Assembly: GCA_963668625.2 (NCBI GenBank)
Contig: CAXXKA010000006.1
Coordinates: 288,001-352,000 of the forward strand
DNA: 64,000 nt
Origin: an uncultured candidate division Zixibacteria bacterium
Lineage (GTDB): Bacteria > Zixibacteria > MSB-5A5 > UBA10806 > 4484-95
Direction of reading: 5' to 3'
This document shows positions 55,483 to 64,000 of the stretch, in pieces (position 1 is the first letter of the stretch; every line of letters starts with the position of its first letter). A model generated the notes under the pieces. That model ran no database searches and was not told the DNA's origin. It saw only the letters and a list, made by a program, of their open reading frames with translations. A program made the translations under genes and the position numbers.

Positions 55483-57570
55483 GTGCCTATGAGTCTGGAA
55501 AAAACTAGAAATATTGGGATTATGGCTCACATCGACGCCGGTAAAACTACAACTACCGAGCGTATTTTGTATTATGCCGGAAAAACTCATCGCCTGGGAG
55601 AAGTTCATGACGGAGCCGCGGTCATGGACTGGATGGATTTAGAGAAGGAACGCGGCATAACGATAACCTCAGCCGCAACGACCGTATACTGGAGCGATTA
55701 CCGTATCAATATCATAGATACCCCGGGTCATGTCGATTTCACGGTCGAGGTGGAAAGGTCACTGCGCGTTCTCGATGGCGCCATAGCTTTATTCTGCGCT
55801 GTCGGTGGAGTCGAGCCGCAATCGGAGACGGTCTGGCGTCAGGCCGATAAATACCACGTTCCGCGTATTGCTTTTGTCAATAAGATGGATCGTGTCGGCT
55901 CGGATTTTTATGCGGTGGTCGAAATGATGAAGCAGAAGCTCGGCGCTAACGCCGTACCGATTCAAATCCCAATGACAACCGGCGATATATTTAACGGTAT
56001 TATCAACCTGATCGATATGACCGCCCGCGTTTATAATGATGAGTCGCTGGGTCTGGAGTATCATGACGGTCCGATACCGCAAGCCCTTCAGGCTAAAGCC
56101 GATGAATACCGCGAACTGCTTTTGGAAAATCTCTCGGATTATGACGATAACTTGATGACGAAATTCTTGGATAACGAACCGATAGAAGTGGAAGAGATCA
56201 ATGCCGCGCTGCGTAAAGCGGTGCTGGAGTTGAAGGTGTTTCCGGTCCTCTGCGGAACGTCATTCAAGAACAAGGGCGTACAGAAATTGCTTGATGCTGT
56301 CGTGGACTACCTGCCCGCGCCGATCGATATGCCTCCTGTTGAGGGCGTCGATCTCAAAACCTCTGAAAAGATATTACGCAGGGCGTCGAAAGAAGAACCA
56401 TTCTCCGCGCTCGTATTCAAGATTATCACCGATCCCTATGTCGGTAAGCTGACATATTTCAGGGTATATTCGGGGAATTTAAAAGCCGGTTCCTATGTTT
56501 ATAATTCAACCAAAGATAAAAACGAAAGACTGTCGCGTTTGCTTTTGATGCATTCCAATAAGAAAAATGATGTCAGGGAGATCACTGTCGGTGATATCGT
56601 TGCCGGCATCGGTTTCAAGCATACCTCGACAGGAGATACCATATGTGATAAAAATCACCCGTTGTTGCTCGAACAAATGATTTTCCCGGAGCCGGTTATC
56701 TCGATCGCGATCGAGCCGAAAACAAAAGCCGATCAGGAGAAATTGAGCAACGCATTAGCTCGTTTGATAGATGAGGATCCGACTTTCAGGCTCAAGCAAG
56801 ATGAGGATACAGGTCAGACTATCATCTCGGGTATGGGTGAACTTCACCTGGAAATTTTGATCGATAGAATGTTCCGTGAATTCAATGTCGCGGCCAATGT
56901 AGGTAAACAGCAGGTTGCTTATAAAGAGTCTATTACTCGCGCTACCGAATGCGAAGGACGTTTCGTCCGTCAGTCCGGCGGTCACGGCCAGTACGGTCAT
57001 GTCAAGCTGAAAATCGAGCCGGGTGAGCAAGGCTCAGGGCTGGTTTTCGAAAATGCAATCGTTGGCGGTACCATACCAAAAGATTTTATCCCGGCTATCA
57101 AGCAGGGAGTTAAAGAGTCTATGGAAAATGGCGCCCTGGCCGGCTACCCTACCGTTGACTTGAAGGTGGTTCTTTATGATGGCAGTTATCACGATGTCGA
57201 CTCATCCGAGTTGGCTTATCGCGTGGCGGCCTCGATGGCTATTCAGGATGGCATGAAGAAAGCCTCGCCGGTTCTTATCGAGCCGATCATGGATGTGGAG
57301 ATTGTCGTGCCCGAGGAGTACCTCGGAGATATCATGGGTGACATTCAAAGCAGGCGTGGAAAAATCGAGGGAATAGCCCAGCGTCCTGATGCCAAGCTGG
57401 TTGCCGCCGAGGTGCCGCTTTCGGAGATGTTCGGATACGCCACCCGGTTAAGATCGTTGTCTCAGGGGCGCGCGGTTTATTCGATGCAATTTTCGCATTA
57501 CGCGAAAATGCCCGATCAAGCCAGCAAGAAGATCGTTAATCGTATGAAAGGTTATGCGTTCCAGGATTAA
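55483..57570 (+). CDS. fusA: Elongation factor G
   Basis: [28 protein letters not shown]. Confidence 0.99.
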   Translation: MPMSLEKTRNIGIMAHIDAGKTTTTERILYYAGKTHRLGEVHDGAAVMDWMDLEKERGITITSAATTVYWSDYRINIIDTPGHVDFTVEVERSLRVLDGAIALFCAVGGVEPQSETVWRQADKYHVPRIAFVNKMDRVGSDFYAVVEMMKQKLGANAVPIQIPMTTGDIFNGIINLIDMTARVYNDESLGLEYHDGPIPQALQAKADEYRELLLENLSDYDDNLMTKFLDNEPIEVEEINAALRKAVLELKVFPVLCGTSFKNKGVQKLLDAVVDYLPAPIDMPPVEGVDLKTSEKILRRASKEEPFSALVFKIITDPYVGKLTYFRVYSGNLKAGSYVYNSTKDKNERLSRLLLMHSNKKNDVREITVGDIVAGIGFKHTSTGDTICDKNHPLLLEQMIFPEPVISIAIEPKTKADQEKLSNALARLIDEDPTFRLKQDEDTGQTIISGMGELHLEILIDRMFREFNVAANVGKQQVAYKESITRATECEGRFVRQSGGHGQYGHVKLKIEPGEQGSGLVFENAIVGGTIPKDFIPAIKQGVKESMENGALAGYPTVDLKVVLYDGSYHDVDSSELAYRVAASMAIQDGMKKASPVLIEPIMDVEIVVPEEYLGDIMGDIQSRRGKIEGIAQRPDAKLVAAEVPLSEMFGYATRLRSLSQGRAVYSMQFSHYAKMPDQASKKIVNRMKGYAFQD

Positions 57571-57630
57571 TTGATAAAATCAAGTTAAACTAGAAGATAA
57601 ATAATAAGAATAAATCTAAGGAGTAAGCGG

Positions 57631-58839
57631 ATGGCGAAGGAGAAATTTGAGCGTACGAAGCCGCATGTTAATGTAGGCACGATAGGTCACGTGGATCATG
57701 GCAAGACCACTTTGACGGCGGCGATCACGATGGTTTTGGCTCGCAAGGGTGGAGCCAAGGTAAGGGACTTTGATTCGATTGATAACGCTCCTGAAGAGAA
57801 AGAGCGTGGCATAACGATTGCGACTGCTCACGTGGAGTACGAGACGGATAATCGTCACTATGCTCACGTCGACTGTCCTGGTCACGCCGATTATGTAAAG
57901 AACATGATAACCGGCGCCGCCCAGATGGACGGTTCGGTACTCGTTGTCAGCGCGGCTGATGGTCCGATGCCTCAGACTCGGGAGCACATCTTGTTGGCTC
58001 GTCAGGTTGGCGTACCTTACATCATCGTTTACATGAATAAGGTAGATCAGGTTGACGACCCTGAGCTTCTGGATTTGGTAGAGTTAGAGGTACGAGATCT
58101 TTTGAGCCAGTACCAGTTTCCCGGCGATGACATTCCGATCATTCGTGGTTCGGCCCTTGAGGCGATGACCAAAGGTTCGGATCCTAACACCGCTCTTGAT
58201 GATCCTGCTTTCCAGAGCATTTACGAGCTTATGGAGGCTGTTGACACTTATATTCCCGAGCCGAAGCGTGACACGGACAAGCCTTTCTTGATGCCTGTAG
58301 AGGATGTTTTCTCTATCACTGGTCGGGGTACAGTTGGAACCGGTCGTATCGAGCGTGGCATAGTCAAGGTTGGTGATCCTGTTGAGCGTATCGGAATCCG
58401 CGAGACCAAGAAGACGGTTTGCACTGGTGTCGAGATGTTTCGGAAGATGCTCGATTCGGGTCAGGCCGGCGATAACGTAGGTTTGCTTCTTCGCGGTATA
58501 GACAAGACCGATCTTGAGCGTGGTATGGTAATCGCGGCTCCCGGCAGCGTAACTCCTCACACGAAATTCAAAGGCGAGGTTTACGTTCTTACGAAAGAAG
58601 AGGGAGGCCGTCACACTCCGTTTTTCAATGGCTACCGTCCGCAGTTTTATTTCCGTACGACTGATGTAACGGGTACGGTACAGTTGCCAGAAGGCGTAGA
58701 GATGGTCATGCCCGGTGATAACGTGACCGTGGTAGGAGAGCTCATTACCCCGATCGCCATGGAAGATGGTTTACGTTTCGCGATACGTGAAGGCGGACGT
58801 ACCGTAGGAGCCGGCGTTGTCGGTGAAATTATAGAGTAA
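57631..58839 (+). CDS. tuf: Elongation factor Tu, copy 2
   Basis: Protein identical to copy 1. Confidence 0.99.
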   Translation: MAKEKFERTKPHVNVGTIGHVDHGKTTLTAAITMVLARKGGAKVRDFDSIDNAPEEKERGITIATAHVEYETDNRHYAHVDCPGHADYVKNMITGAAQMDGSVLVVSAADGPMPQTREHILLARQVGVPYIIVYMNKVDQVDDPELLDLVELEVRDLLSQYQFPGDDIPIIRGSALEAMTKGSDPNTALDDPAFQSIYELMEAVDTYIPEPKRDTDKPFLMPVEDVFSITGRGTVGTGRIERGIVKVGDPVERIGIRETKKTVCTGVEMFRKMLDSGQAGDNVGLLLRGIDKTDLERGMVIAAPGSVTPHTKFKGEVYVLTKEEGGRHTPFFNGYRPQFYFRTTDVTGTVQLPEGVEMVMPGDNVTVVGELITPIAMEDGLRFAIREGGRTVGAGVVGEIIE

Positions 58840-58844
58840 GGATT

Positions 58845-59153
58845 ATGGAAGGACAAAAAATAAGAATTAGGCTCAAAGCGTACGATCATGTCGCTTTAGA
58901 CCGGTCGGCCGTTGAGATTGTCAATACGGTTACCCGCACTGGCGCGAAGATCGCCGGCCCGGTTCCGTTGCCGACCAAAAGAACGATGTATACGATTCTT
59001 CGTTCACCCCACGTCGATAAAAAGTCGCGTGAGCAGTTTGAAACCAGGATTCATAAACGCTTGATCGATATTTACGATTCGAATCCGCAAACTGTAGATT
59101 CTTTGATGAGGCTTGATTTACCGGCCGGTGTCGATGTTGAGATTAAAGTTTGA
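58845..59153 (+). CDS. rpsJ: 30S ribosomal protein S10
   Basis: [22 protein letters not shown]. Confidence 0.99.
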   Translation: MEGQKIRIRLKAYDHVALDRSAVEIVNTVTRTGAKIAGPVPLPTKRTMYTILRSPHVDKKSREQFETRIHKRLIDIYDSNPQTVDSLMRLDLPAGVDVEIKV

Positions 59154-59168
59154 GGATAAAACGTTAAA

Positions 59169-59789
59169 ATGAAAACTTTGTTTGGCAAAAAAATAGGCAT
59201 GACCAGAATCTTCGATGAAATGGGAAACATGATTCCCGTGACGGTCATCAAAGCCGATCCCCACACTATCCTTGATACACGTACCAGGGATAAACATGGC
59301 TACGACGCCATAAGGGTGGCTTTCGGTGATATCCGTAAGAAGCTTCTAATTAAGCCTGTAGAGGGACAATATAAAAACGCCGGTCTGGAACCGACCCGAT
59401 ATATACGCGAAATCAGGCTTGCCTCAGGCGAGGAATTTAATGTTGGCGATAAGCTCAACGTCGATATCTTCGCTGCCGGTGAGAAGGTGAAAGTCACTGG
59501 AATCTCCAAAGGTTTGGGATTCCAGGGTACGGTTCGTCGCCATGGTTTTGGCGGCGGCCCCAAGACTCACGGTCAATCCGACCGCCTGCGCGCACCGGGC
59601 TCGATCGGCCAGTCTTCATATCCGTCAAGAGTGCTTAAAGGCATGCGCATGGCGGGCCATATGGGCAATGAAAAAGTCACAGTGAAAAACTTACGGATCA
59701 CAGCGGTAGAGCCCGAGCACAATTTATTGTTGATTCGCGGCGCCGTTCCCGGAAAACCGGGCGGTCTGTTAAGGATAGAGAAGGCGTAG
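59169..59789 (+). CDS. rplC: 50S ribosomal protein L3
   Basis: GKKIGMT, HGQSDRLRAPGSIG. Confidence 0.98.
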   Translation: MKTLFGKKIGMTRIFDEMGNMIPVTVIKADPHTILDTRTRDKHGYDAIRVAFGDIRKKLLIKPVEGQYKNAGLEPTRYIREIRLASGEEFNVGDKLNVDIFAAGEKVKVTGISKGLGFQGTVRRHGFGGGPKTHGQSDRLRAPGSIGQSSYPSRVLKGMRMAGHMGNEKVTVKNLRITAVEPEHNLLLIRGAVPGKPGGLLRIEKA

Positions 59790-60428
59790 GTGATGGCAAT
59801 GTCTGAAGCTAAAATATTTGATATTCAGGGAAAATCAACCGAGAGCAAGCAGTTGGAAGGCCCGCTGTTTAACTCCGAGGTTAAGCCGCACCTGCTGCAC
59901 GAGTACGTGATCGGTTACCAGCGTAACCTTCGCCAGGGAACCTCCGCGACCAAAACCAGAACGATGGTCAGAGGCGGCGGACGTAAACCGTGGCGTCAAA
60001 AAGGAACCGGCAGAGCTAGGTCCGGCACGAAAAACTCGCCGGTATGGGTCGGCGGCGGTATCGCCTGGGGACCACATCCCCGTATCTATTACCGTCCCAT
60101 GCCCAAGAAATTCAAAAGGGCGGCCATTCGTTCGGCTTTCTCGAACCAGGCTGCGTCCGGTAATATCCGGGTCGTCGTGGTTCCTGAGATCACCGAGCCG
60201 AAAACCAGGGCAATTGCCGATTGGCTGAAGTCCCACGATATTTACCATCAGCGAGTGCTGATTTTAACCGAGAGCAAGAATGTCGATTTCGAGAGATCTT
60301 GCAGTAACATCAAATACGTCGTAACCAAACGTTCGATACTGGTCAACCCGTTTGACCTGGTGTGGGCCGAGCATGTACTGGTTACCCCTGATGCCCTGCA
60401 GAAGATCGAGGAGGTATTTGGCAAATGA
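59790..60428 (+). CDS. rplD: 50S ribosomal protein L4
   Basis: GGGRKPWRQKGTGRAR; exact start uncertain. Confidence 0.97.
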   Translation: MMAMSEAKIFDIQGKSTESKQLEGPLFNSEVKPHLLHEYVIGYQRNLRQGTSATKTRTMVRGGGRKPWRQKGTGRARSGTKNSPVWVGGGIAWGPHPRIYYRPMPKKFKRAAIRSAFSNQAASGNIRVVVVPEITEPKTRAIADWLKSHDIYHQRVLILTESKNVDFERSCSNIKYVVTKRSILVNPFDLVWAEHVLVTPDALQKIEEVFGK

Positions 60429-60715
60429 GATCAGCTCATCAGTTAATTTACCAGGCCATTATCTCGGAGAAAGGCACCATTCTCAGGGACAACGAGAACC
60501 GATACGTATTCAAGGTTCATCTGTCGGCCAATAAAATCGAAATAAAAAAAGCGATTGAAACCGCTTTCTCGGTTAAGGTGCTTGATGTTAAGACTATTGT
60601 TATGAAAGGCAAGACAAAAAGGCTCGGCCGTTTTCAGGGCAAACGCTCTGATTGGAAAAAAGCCATTGTCAGGCTTAAAGAAGGCGATTCAATTGATATC
60701 TTTGAAAGCGTTTGA
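60425..60715 (+). CDS. rplW: 50S ribosomal protein L23
   Basis: ANKIEIKKA, WKKAIV. Confidence 0.97.
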   Translation: MRSAHQLIYQAIISEKGTILRDNENRYVFKVHLSANKIEIKKAIETAFSVKVLDVKTIVMKGKTKRLGRFQGKRSDWKKAIVRLKEGDSIDIFESV

Positions 60716-60724
60716 GGCAGATAA

Positions 60725-61546
60725 ATGGGTATGAAGAAATTTAAACCGATTACTCCCAGCCGCCGTTATATGACCGTTTCGGATTTTGCCGAGGTGACTC
60801 ATGCGTATCCGGAGAAGAGCCTGTTGAGGCCTTTAAAGAAAAGCGGTGGTCGCGGTAATACGGGAAGGATAACCTGTCGCCACAAGGGCGGAGGTCATAG
60901 AAGACATTATCGAGTTATAGATTTCAAGCGAGATAAGATGGGCATTCCCGCACGCGTTGCCTCGATCGAGTACGATCCTAACCGTTCGGCCAGAATCGCG
61001 TTATTGCATTATGCCGATGGCGAGAAACGCTATATCATAGCTCCAGCTAATCTTAAAGTCGATGATGTTATCAAAGCTACCGAGGAACTCGATATCGCTA
61101 TCGGCAATACATTGCCGTTATCGATAATTCCGATGGGCACTGGTATTCACAATATCGAGCTAAAGCCCGGCAAGGGGGCTCAGATGGTTCGTTCCGCCGG
61201 CGCTATTGCCACACTGATGGCTAAAGAAGGCGATTACGCTCAGATCAAGTTGCCCTCGGGAGAGGTAAGATTAGTGGCTCTCAGGTGCAAAGCGACAATC
61301 GGCCAGGTCGGTAATATCGACCATGAAAATATCAGTATCGGTAAGGCCGGCAGAAAACGCTGGATGGGTGTTCGTCCCACCGTTCGCGGTGTGGCAATGA
61401 ACCCGGTAGACCACCCGATGGGTGGTGGTGAGGGCCGATCATCCGGTGGCCGTCACCCTTGCAGTCCCTGGGGGCAGCCCTCGAAAGGGTATAAAACCAG
61501 GAAGAAAAAAGCATCCGATAAAATGATAGTTAAACGTCGTAAATAA
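60725..61546 (+). CDS. rplB: 50S ribosomal protein L2
   Basis: [25 protein letters not shown]. Confidence 0.99.
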   Translation: MGMKKFKPITPSRRYMTVSDFAEVTHAYPEKSLLRPLKKSGGRGNTGRITCRHKGGGHRRHYRVIDFKRDKMGIPARVASIEYDPNRSARIALLHYADGEKRYIIAPANLKVDDVIKATEELDIAIGNTLPLSIIPMGTGIHNIELKPGKGAQMVRSAGAIATLMAKEGDYAQIKLPSGEVRLVALRCKATIGQVGNIDHENISIGKAGRKRWMGVRPTVRGVAMNPVDHPMGGGEGRSSGGRHPCSPWGQPSKGYKTRKKKASDKMIVKRRK

Positions 61547-61573
61547 TACTTTGATGATAATGGGAGGTTGTTA

Positions 61574-61861
61574 ATGTCCAGGTCTTTGAAGAAAGGCCCA
61601 TATATTGAGGATAGCTTGATGAAGAAGATTCAGGCGCTCAATGATAGCGGCGAAAAGCGCGTGATCAAAACCTGGTCGCGTCGTTCGACAATTCCGCCGG
61701 AATTCGTGGGTCACACTCTGGCAATACACAATGGTAATAAATTTATTCCTGTGTATATCACCGAGAATATGGTGGGGCACAAGCTAGGCGAATTCTCGCC
61801 CACCCGCATATTCAGAGGTCATGCAGGGAAATTAACCGAGCGCTTGACCGCTATTAAATAG
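61574..61861 (+). CDS. rpsS: 30S ribosomal protein S19
   Basis: RSLKKGP, TWSRRS, GHKLGEF. Confidence 0.98.
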   Translation: MSRSLKKGPYIEDSLMKKIQALNDSGEKRVIKTWSRRSTIPPEFVGHTLAIHNGNKFIPVYITENMVGHKLGEFSPTRIFRGHAGKLTERLTAIK

Positions 61862-61873
61862 GTTGATGGTGAT

Positions 61874-62245
61874 ATGGAAGCTAAAGCTACTTTAAGATAT
61901 GTCAGGATGTCGCCGCGAAAAATTCGCCAGGTTGCGGAACTGATAAAAGGGCGCAATTATATTGACGCCAAAGGTGTGTTGACTTTCACGCCTAAAGCCG
62001 CCAGCAAAGTCCTGATGGATACCATGAAATCGGCGGCGGCCAACGCTATAGCCCAGGAGGGCTCGACAAAGGTCAGGGTTGAAAATCTGTATGTCAAAAA
62101 TGTTCAGATTAACAGCGGACCGGTCATGAAAAGAATTATGCCAAGGTCTATGGGGCGAGCATATAGAATTCGTAAAAGAACCTCCCATGTTAATATTGTG
62201 CTGGCCGAAAAACCCACAGCTAAAAGCTCAGAGAAGGAGGCTTAG
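61874..62245 (+). CDS. rplV: 50S ribosomal protein L22
   Basis: SPRKIR, SAAANA, RKRTSH. Confidence 0.98.
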   Translation: MEAKATLRYVRMSPRKIRQVAELIKGRNYIDAKGVLTFTPKAASKVLMDTMKSAAANAIAQEGSTKVRVENLYVKNVQINSGPVMKRIMPRSMGRAYRIRKRTSHVNIVLAEKPTAKSSEKEA

Positions 62246-63184
62246 TGGGACAGAAGACTCATCCATATGGAATACGGCTCGGTATCATAAAAGGCTGGAG
62301 ATCTCGCTGGTTTGCCAGTAAAAATTTCGCGGATCTTTTACATGAAGATCTGCTGATCAGACGTTACACTTTCAAACGTCTGGAGCACGCCGGTGTAGCT
62401 GAGATTCAGATACTAAGAGCGTTAAAAAAAGTTACTATCGATATTCACACGGCCAAGCCGGGTATCGTTATAGGCAGAAAAGGCGCCGAGGTTGATAAGC
62501 TTAAAGAAGAGTTGCAGATGCTTTCGGGTAAAGATATTCTCCTCAATATTATCGAGGTAAAGAAACCCGAGCTCTCTTCATCGCTGGTCGCTCAGTCGAT
62601 CGCTCAGCAGCTTGTCGGTCGTGTCTCGTTCCGTCGCGCCATGAAAAAGGCTGTCGCCGCCGCTATGAAAAGTGGCGCTGATGGTATCAAGATTGTCTGT
62701 AGTGGTCGTCTTGGTGGAGCAGAGATTGCCCGTGCGGAGAAATACCACAAAGGCAGAGTTCCGCTTCATACCCTGAGAGCCGACATCGACTACGCCACTG
62801 CGACCGCTCATACCACTTATGGCTGTATTGGCGTAAAGGTCTGGGTCTGCCGCGGCGAGATCGTCGAAAAAGAAAAAGCTCATGCTAAATTGCTGGGTGA
62901 AAACCCTTCCCGATGCCGACGATAGATCCTCGTCCAGGCAGCAGAAACCTCGCCGTAAACGCGGCGATTTCAAAGGCAAACCCAGAAGACAGTCGGGTAA
63001 GAAACCGTCCGCCAGAATGGCCGATAAATCGAGACGTTATGACGGCAGACCTGATAATCGGGGACCGGCTAAACCGCATGATGACAAAAAGCCCAGGACT
63101 CAGGGGAAACCCGACAGCAGGGGCGCGAAACCTCAAGCATCGGCTGACAAGAAAACCGATAGCTCGTCTAATAAGGAGAATTAA
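62245..63184 (+). CDS. rpsC: 30S ribosomal protein S3; basic C-terminal tail is in the +1 frame (the in-frame ORF stops at 62925)
   Basis: [27 protein letters not shown]; the tail ORF 62882-63184 runs up to the rplP RBS. Confidence 0.9.
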
Positions 63185-63186
63185 AG

Positions 63187-63609
63187 ATGCTATCTCCGAA
63201 GAGAGTTAAATTCAGAAAGCAGCAGCGTGGCCGTCGCAGAGGAAAAGCGTACCGCGGTAGTAATATCGATTTCGGTGAATTCGGTCTCAAGGCTCTAGAG
63301 CCGGCATGGATCACCAACCGCCAGATCGAGGCCGCTCGTGTGGCCCTGACCAGGTATGTGAAGAGGGGCGGTAAGGTTTGGATAAGGATATTCCCCGATA
63401 AGCCGGTTACCATGAAACCCGCCGAAACAAGGATGGGTAAAGGTAAGGGCTCGCCGGAATACTGGGTAGCCGTTGTCAAACCGGGCCGCATTATGTTCGA
63501 ACTCGAAGGTGTTGCCGAGGATGTCGCCCGTGAGGGGATGAGACTGGCGGCGGCGAAATTGCCGATTAGAACCAAGTTTGTCACTCGTAAAGATATTTTG
63601 AAGGATTAA
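63187..63609 (+). CDS. rplP: 50S ribosomal protein L16
   Basis: QIEAAR, RMGKGKG. Confidence 0.99.
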   Translation: MLSPKRVKFRKQQRGRRRGKAYRGSNIDFGEFGLKALEPAWITNRQIEAARVALTRYVKRGGKVWIRIFPDKPVTMKPAETRMGKGKGSPEYWVAVVKPGRIMFELEGVAEDVAREGMRLAAAKLPIRTKFVTRKDILKD

Positions 63610-63869
63610 TGATGAAAGCCCGTGAGTTGAGAGACCTCACAATCGAAGAGGTCATCCAGAAAAAAGAAGAGCTATCCAAGGAAAAATTCAATTTGACCTT
63701 GAGACTGGCTACTCGTCAGGTGGAAAATCCCCTGAGAGTCAGAGTGCTCAGGCGCGATTTGGCGAAGATCAATACTATCTTGAAAGAGCATGAGCTTGGT
63801 TTAAGAAAGTTGGCCGAATCTGAGGGCATAACCTCTGATAAGAACAGGCAGGCAGATGATGAGAAATAA
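63609..63869 (+). CDS. rpmC: 50S ribosomal protein L29
   Basis: [15 protein letters not shown]; position. Confidence 0.93.
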   Translation: MMKARELRDLTIEEVIQKKEELSKEKFNLTLRLATRQVENPLRVRVLRRDLAKINTILKEHELGLRKLAESEGITSDKNRQADDEK

Positions 63870-64000
63870 ACGTAAAACCAGAATCGGCACGGTTACCTCC
63901 AGCAAGATGGATAAAACCATCGTGGTGGCGGTAAAGCGTATCATGAAGCACCCCCAGTTTGGCAAGATCGTTAACAGGACTGCCAAGGTATATGCTCATG
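63856..64000 (+). CDS. rpsQ: 30S ribosomal protein S17, 3'-truncated by the window edge
   Basis: [37 protein letters not shown]. Confidence 0.93.
   Translation, partial: MMRNKRKTRIGTVTSSKMDKTIVVAVKRIMKHPQFGKIVNRTAKVYAH

Overview
A bacterial chromosomal window of moderate GC. The lineage cannot be fixed from sequence alone; the gene content would fit an anaerobic FCB-group or Zixibacteria-like organism (inference). In order: the 3' end of an ALDH7-type dehydrogenase; a low-GC pair of membrane glyco-genes; an ArcE-like NTPase plus carbamate kinase; a CCA-adding enzyme; a partial TCA operon (sucCD, korDABC, ndk, larA-like, mdh, leuCD-like, icd), in which SucD and the LeuC-like protein, like ArcE upstream, carry histone-H1-like Lys tails; a repeat/MITE-rich spacer; SDR, polyprenyl synthase, vWA protein, SET methyltransferase, an orphan HEPN gene, eno, ftsB, recO and glyQS; a HicA-HicB-SecB toxin-antitoxin-chaperone triplet; cysK, cysE and fic. 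Next is the most unusual locus (38.5-40.0 kb): a periodic ATCGACAT-N11-ATGTCGAT palindrome array, then three diverged 368-380 bp tandem units, then the intact tRNA-Gly(TCC). Each unit is an anticodon-less tRNA-Gly 5' fragment followed by a small GIY-YIG nuclease ORF whose 3' end encodes a promoter. The rest is the canonical tRNA-Thr-tuf-rpmG-tRNA-Trp-secE-nusG-rplKAJL-rpoBC-rpsLG-fusA-tuf-S10 cluster. Two single-base frameshifts (SDR, rpsC) are probably sequencing indels. All calls were made by eye; no database searches were run.
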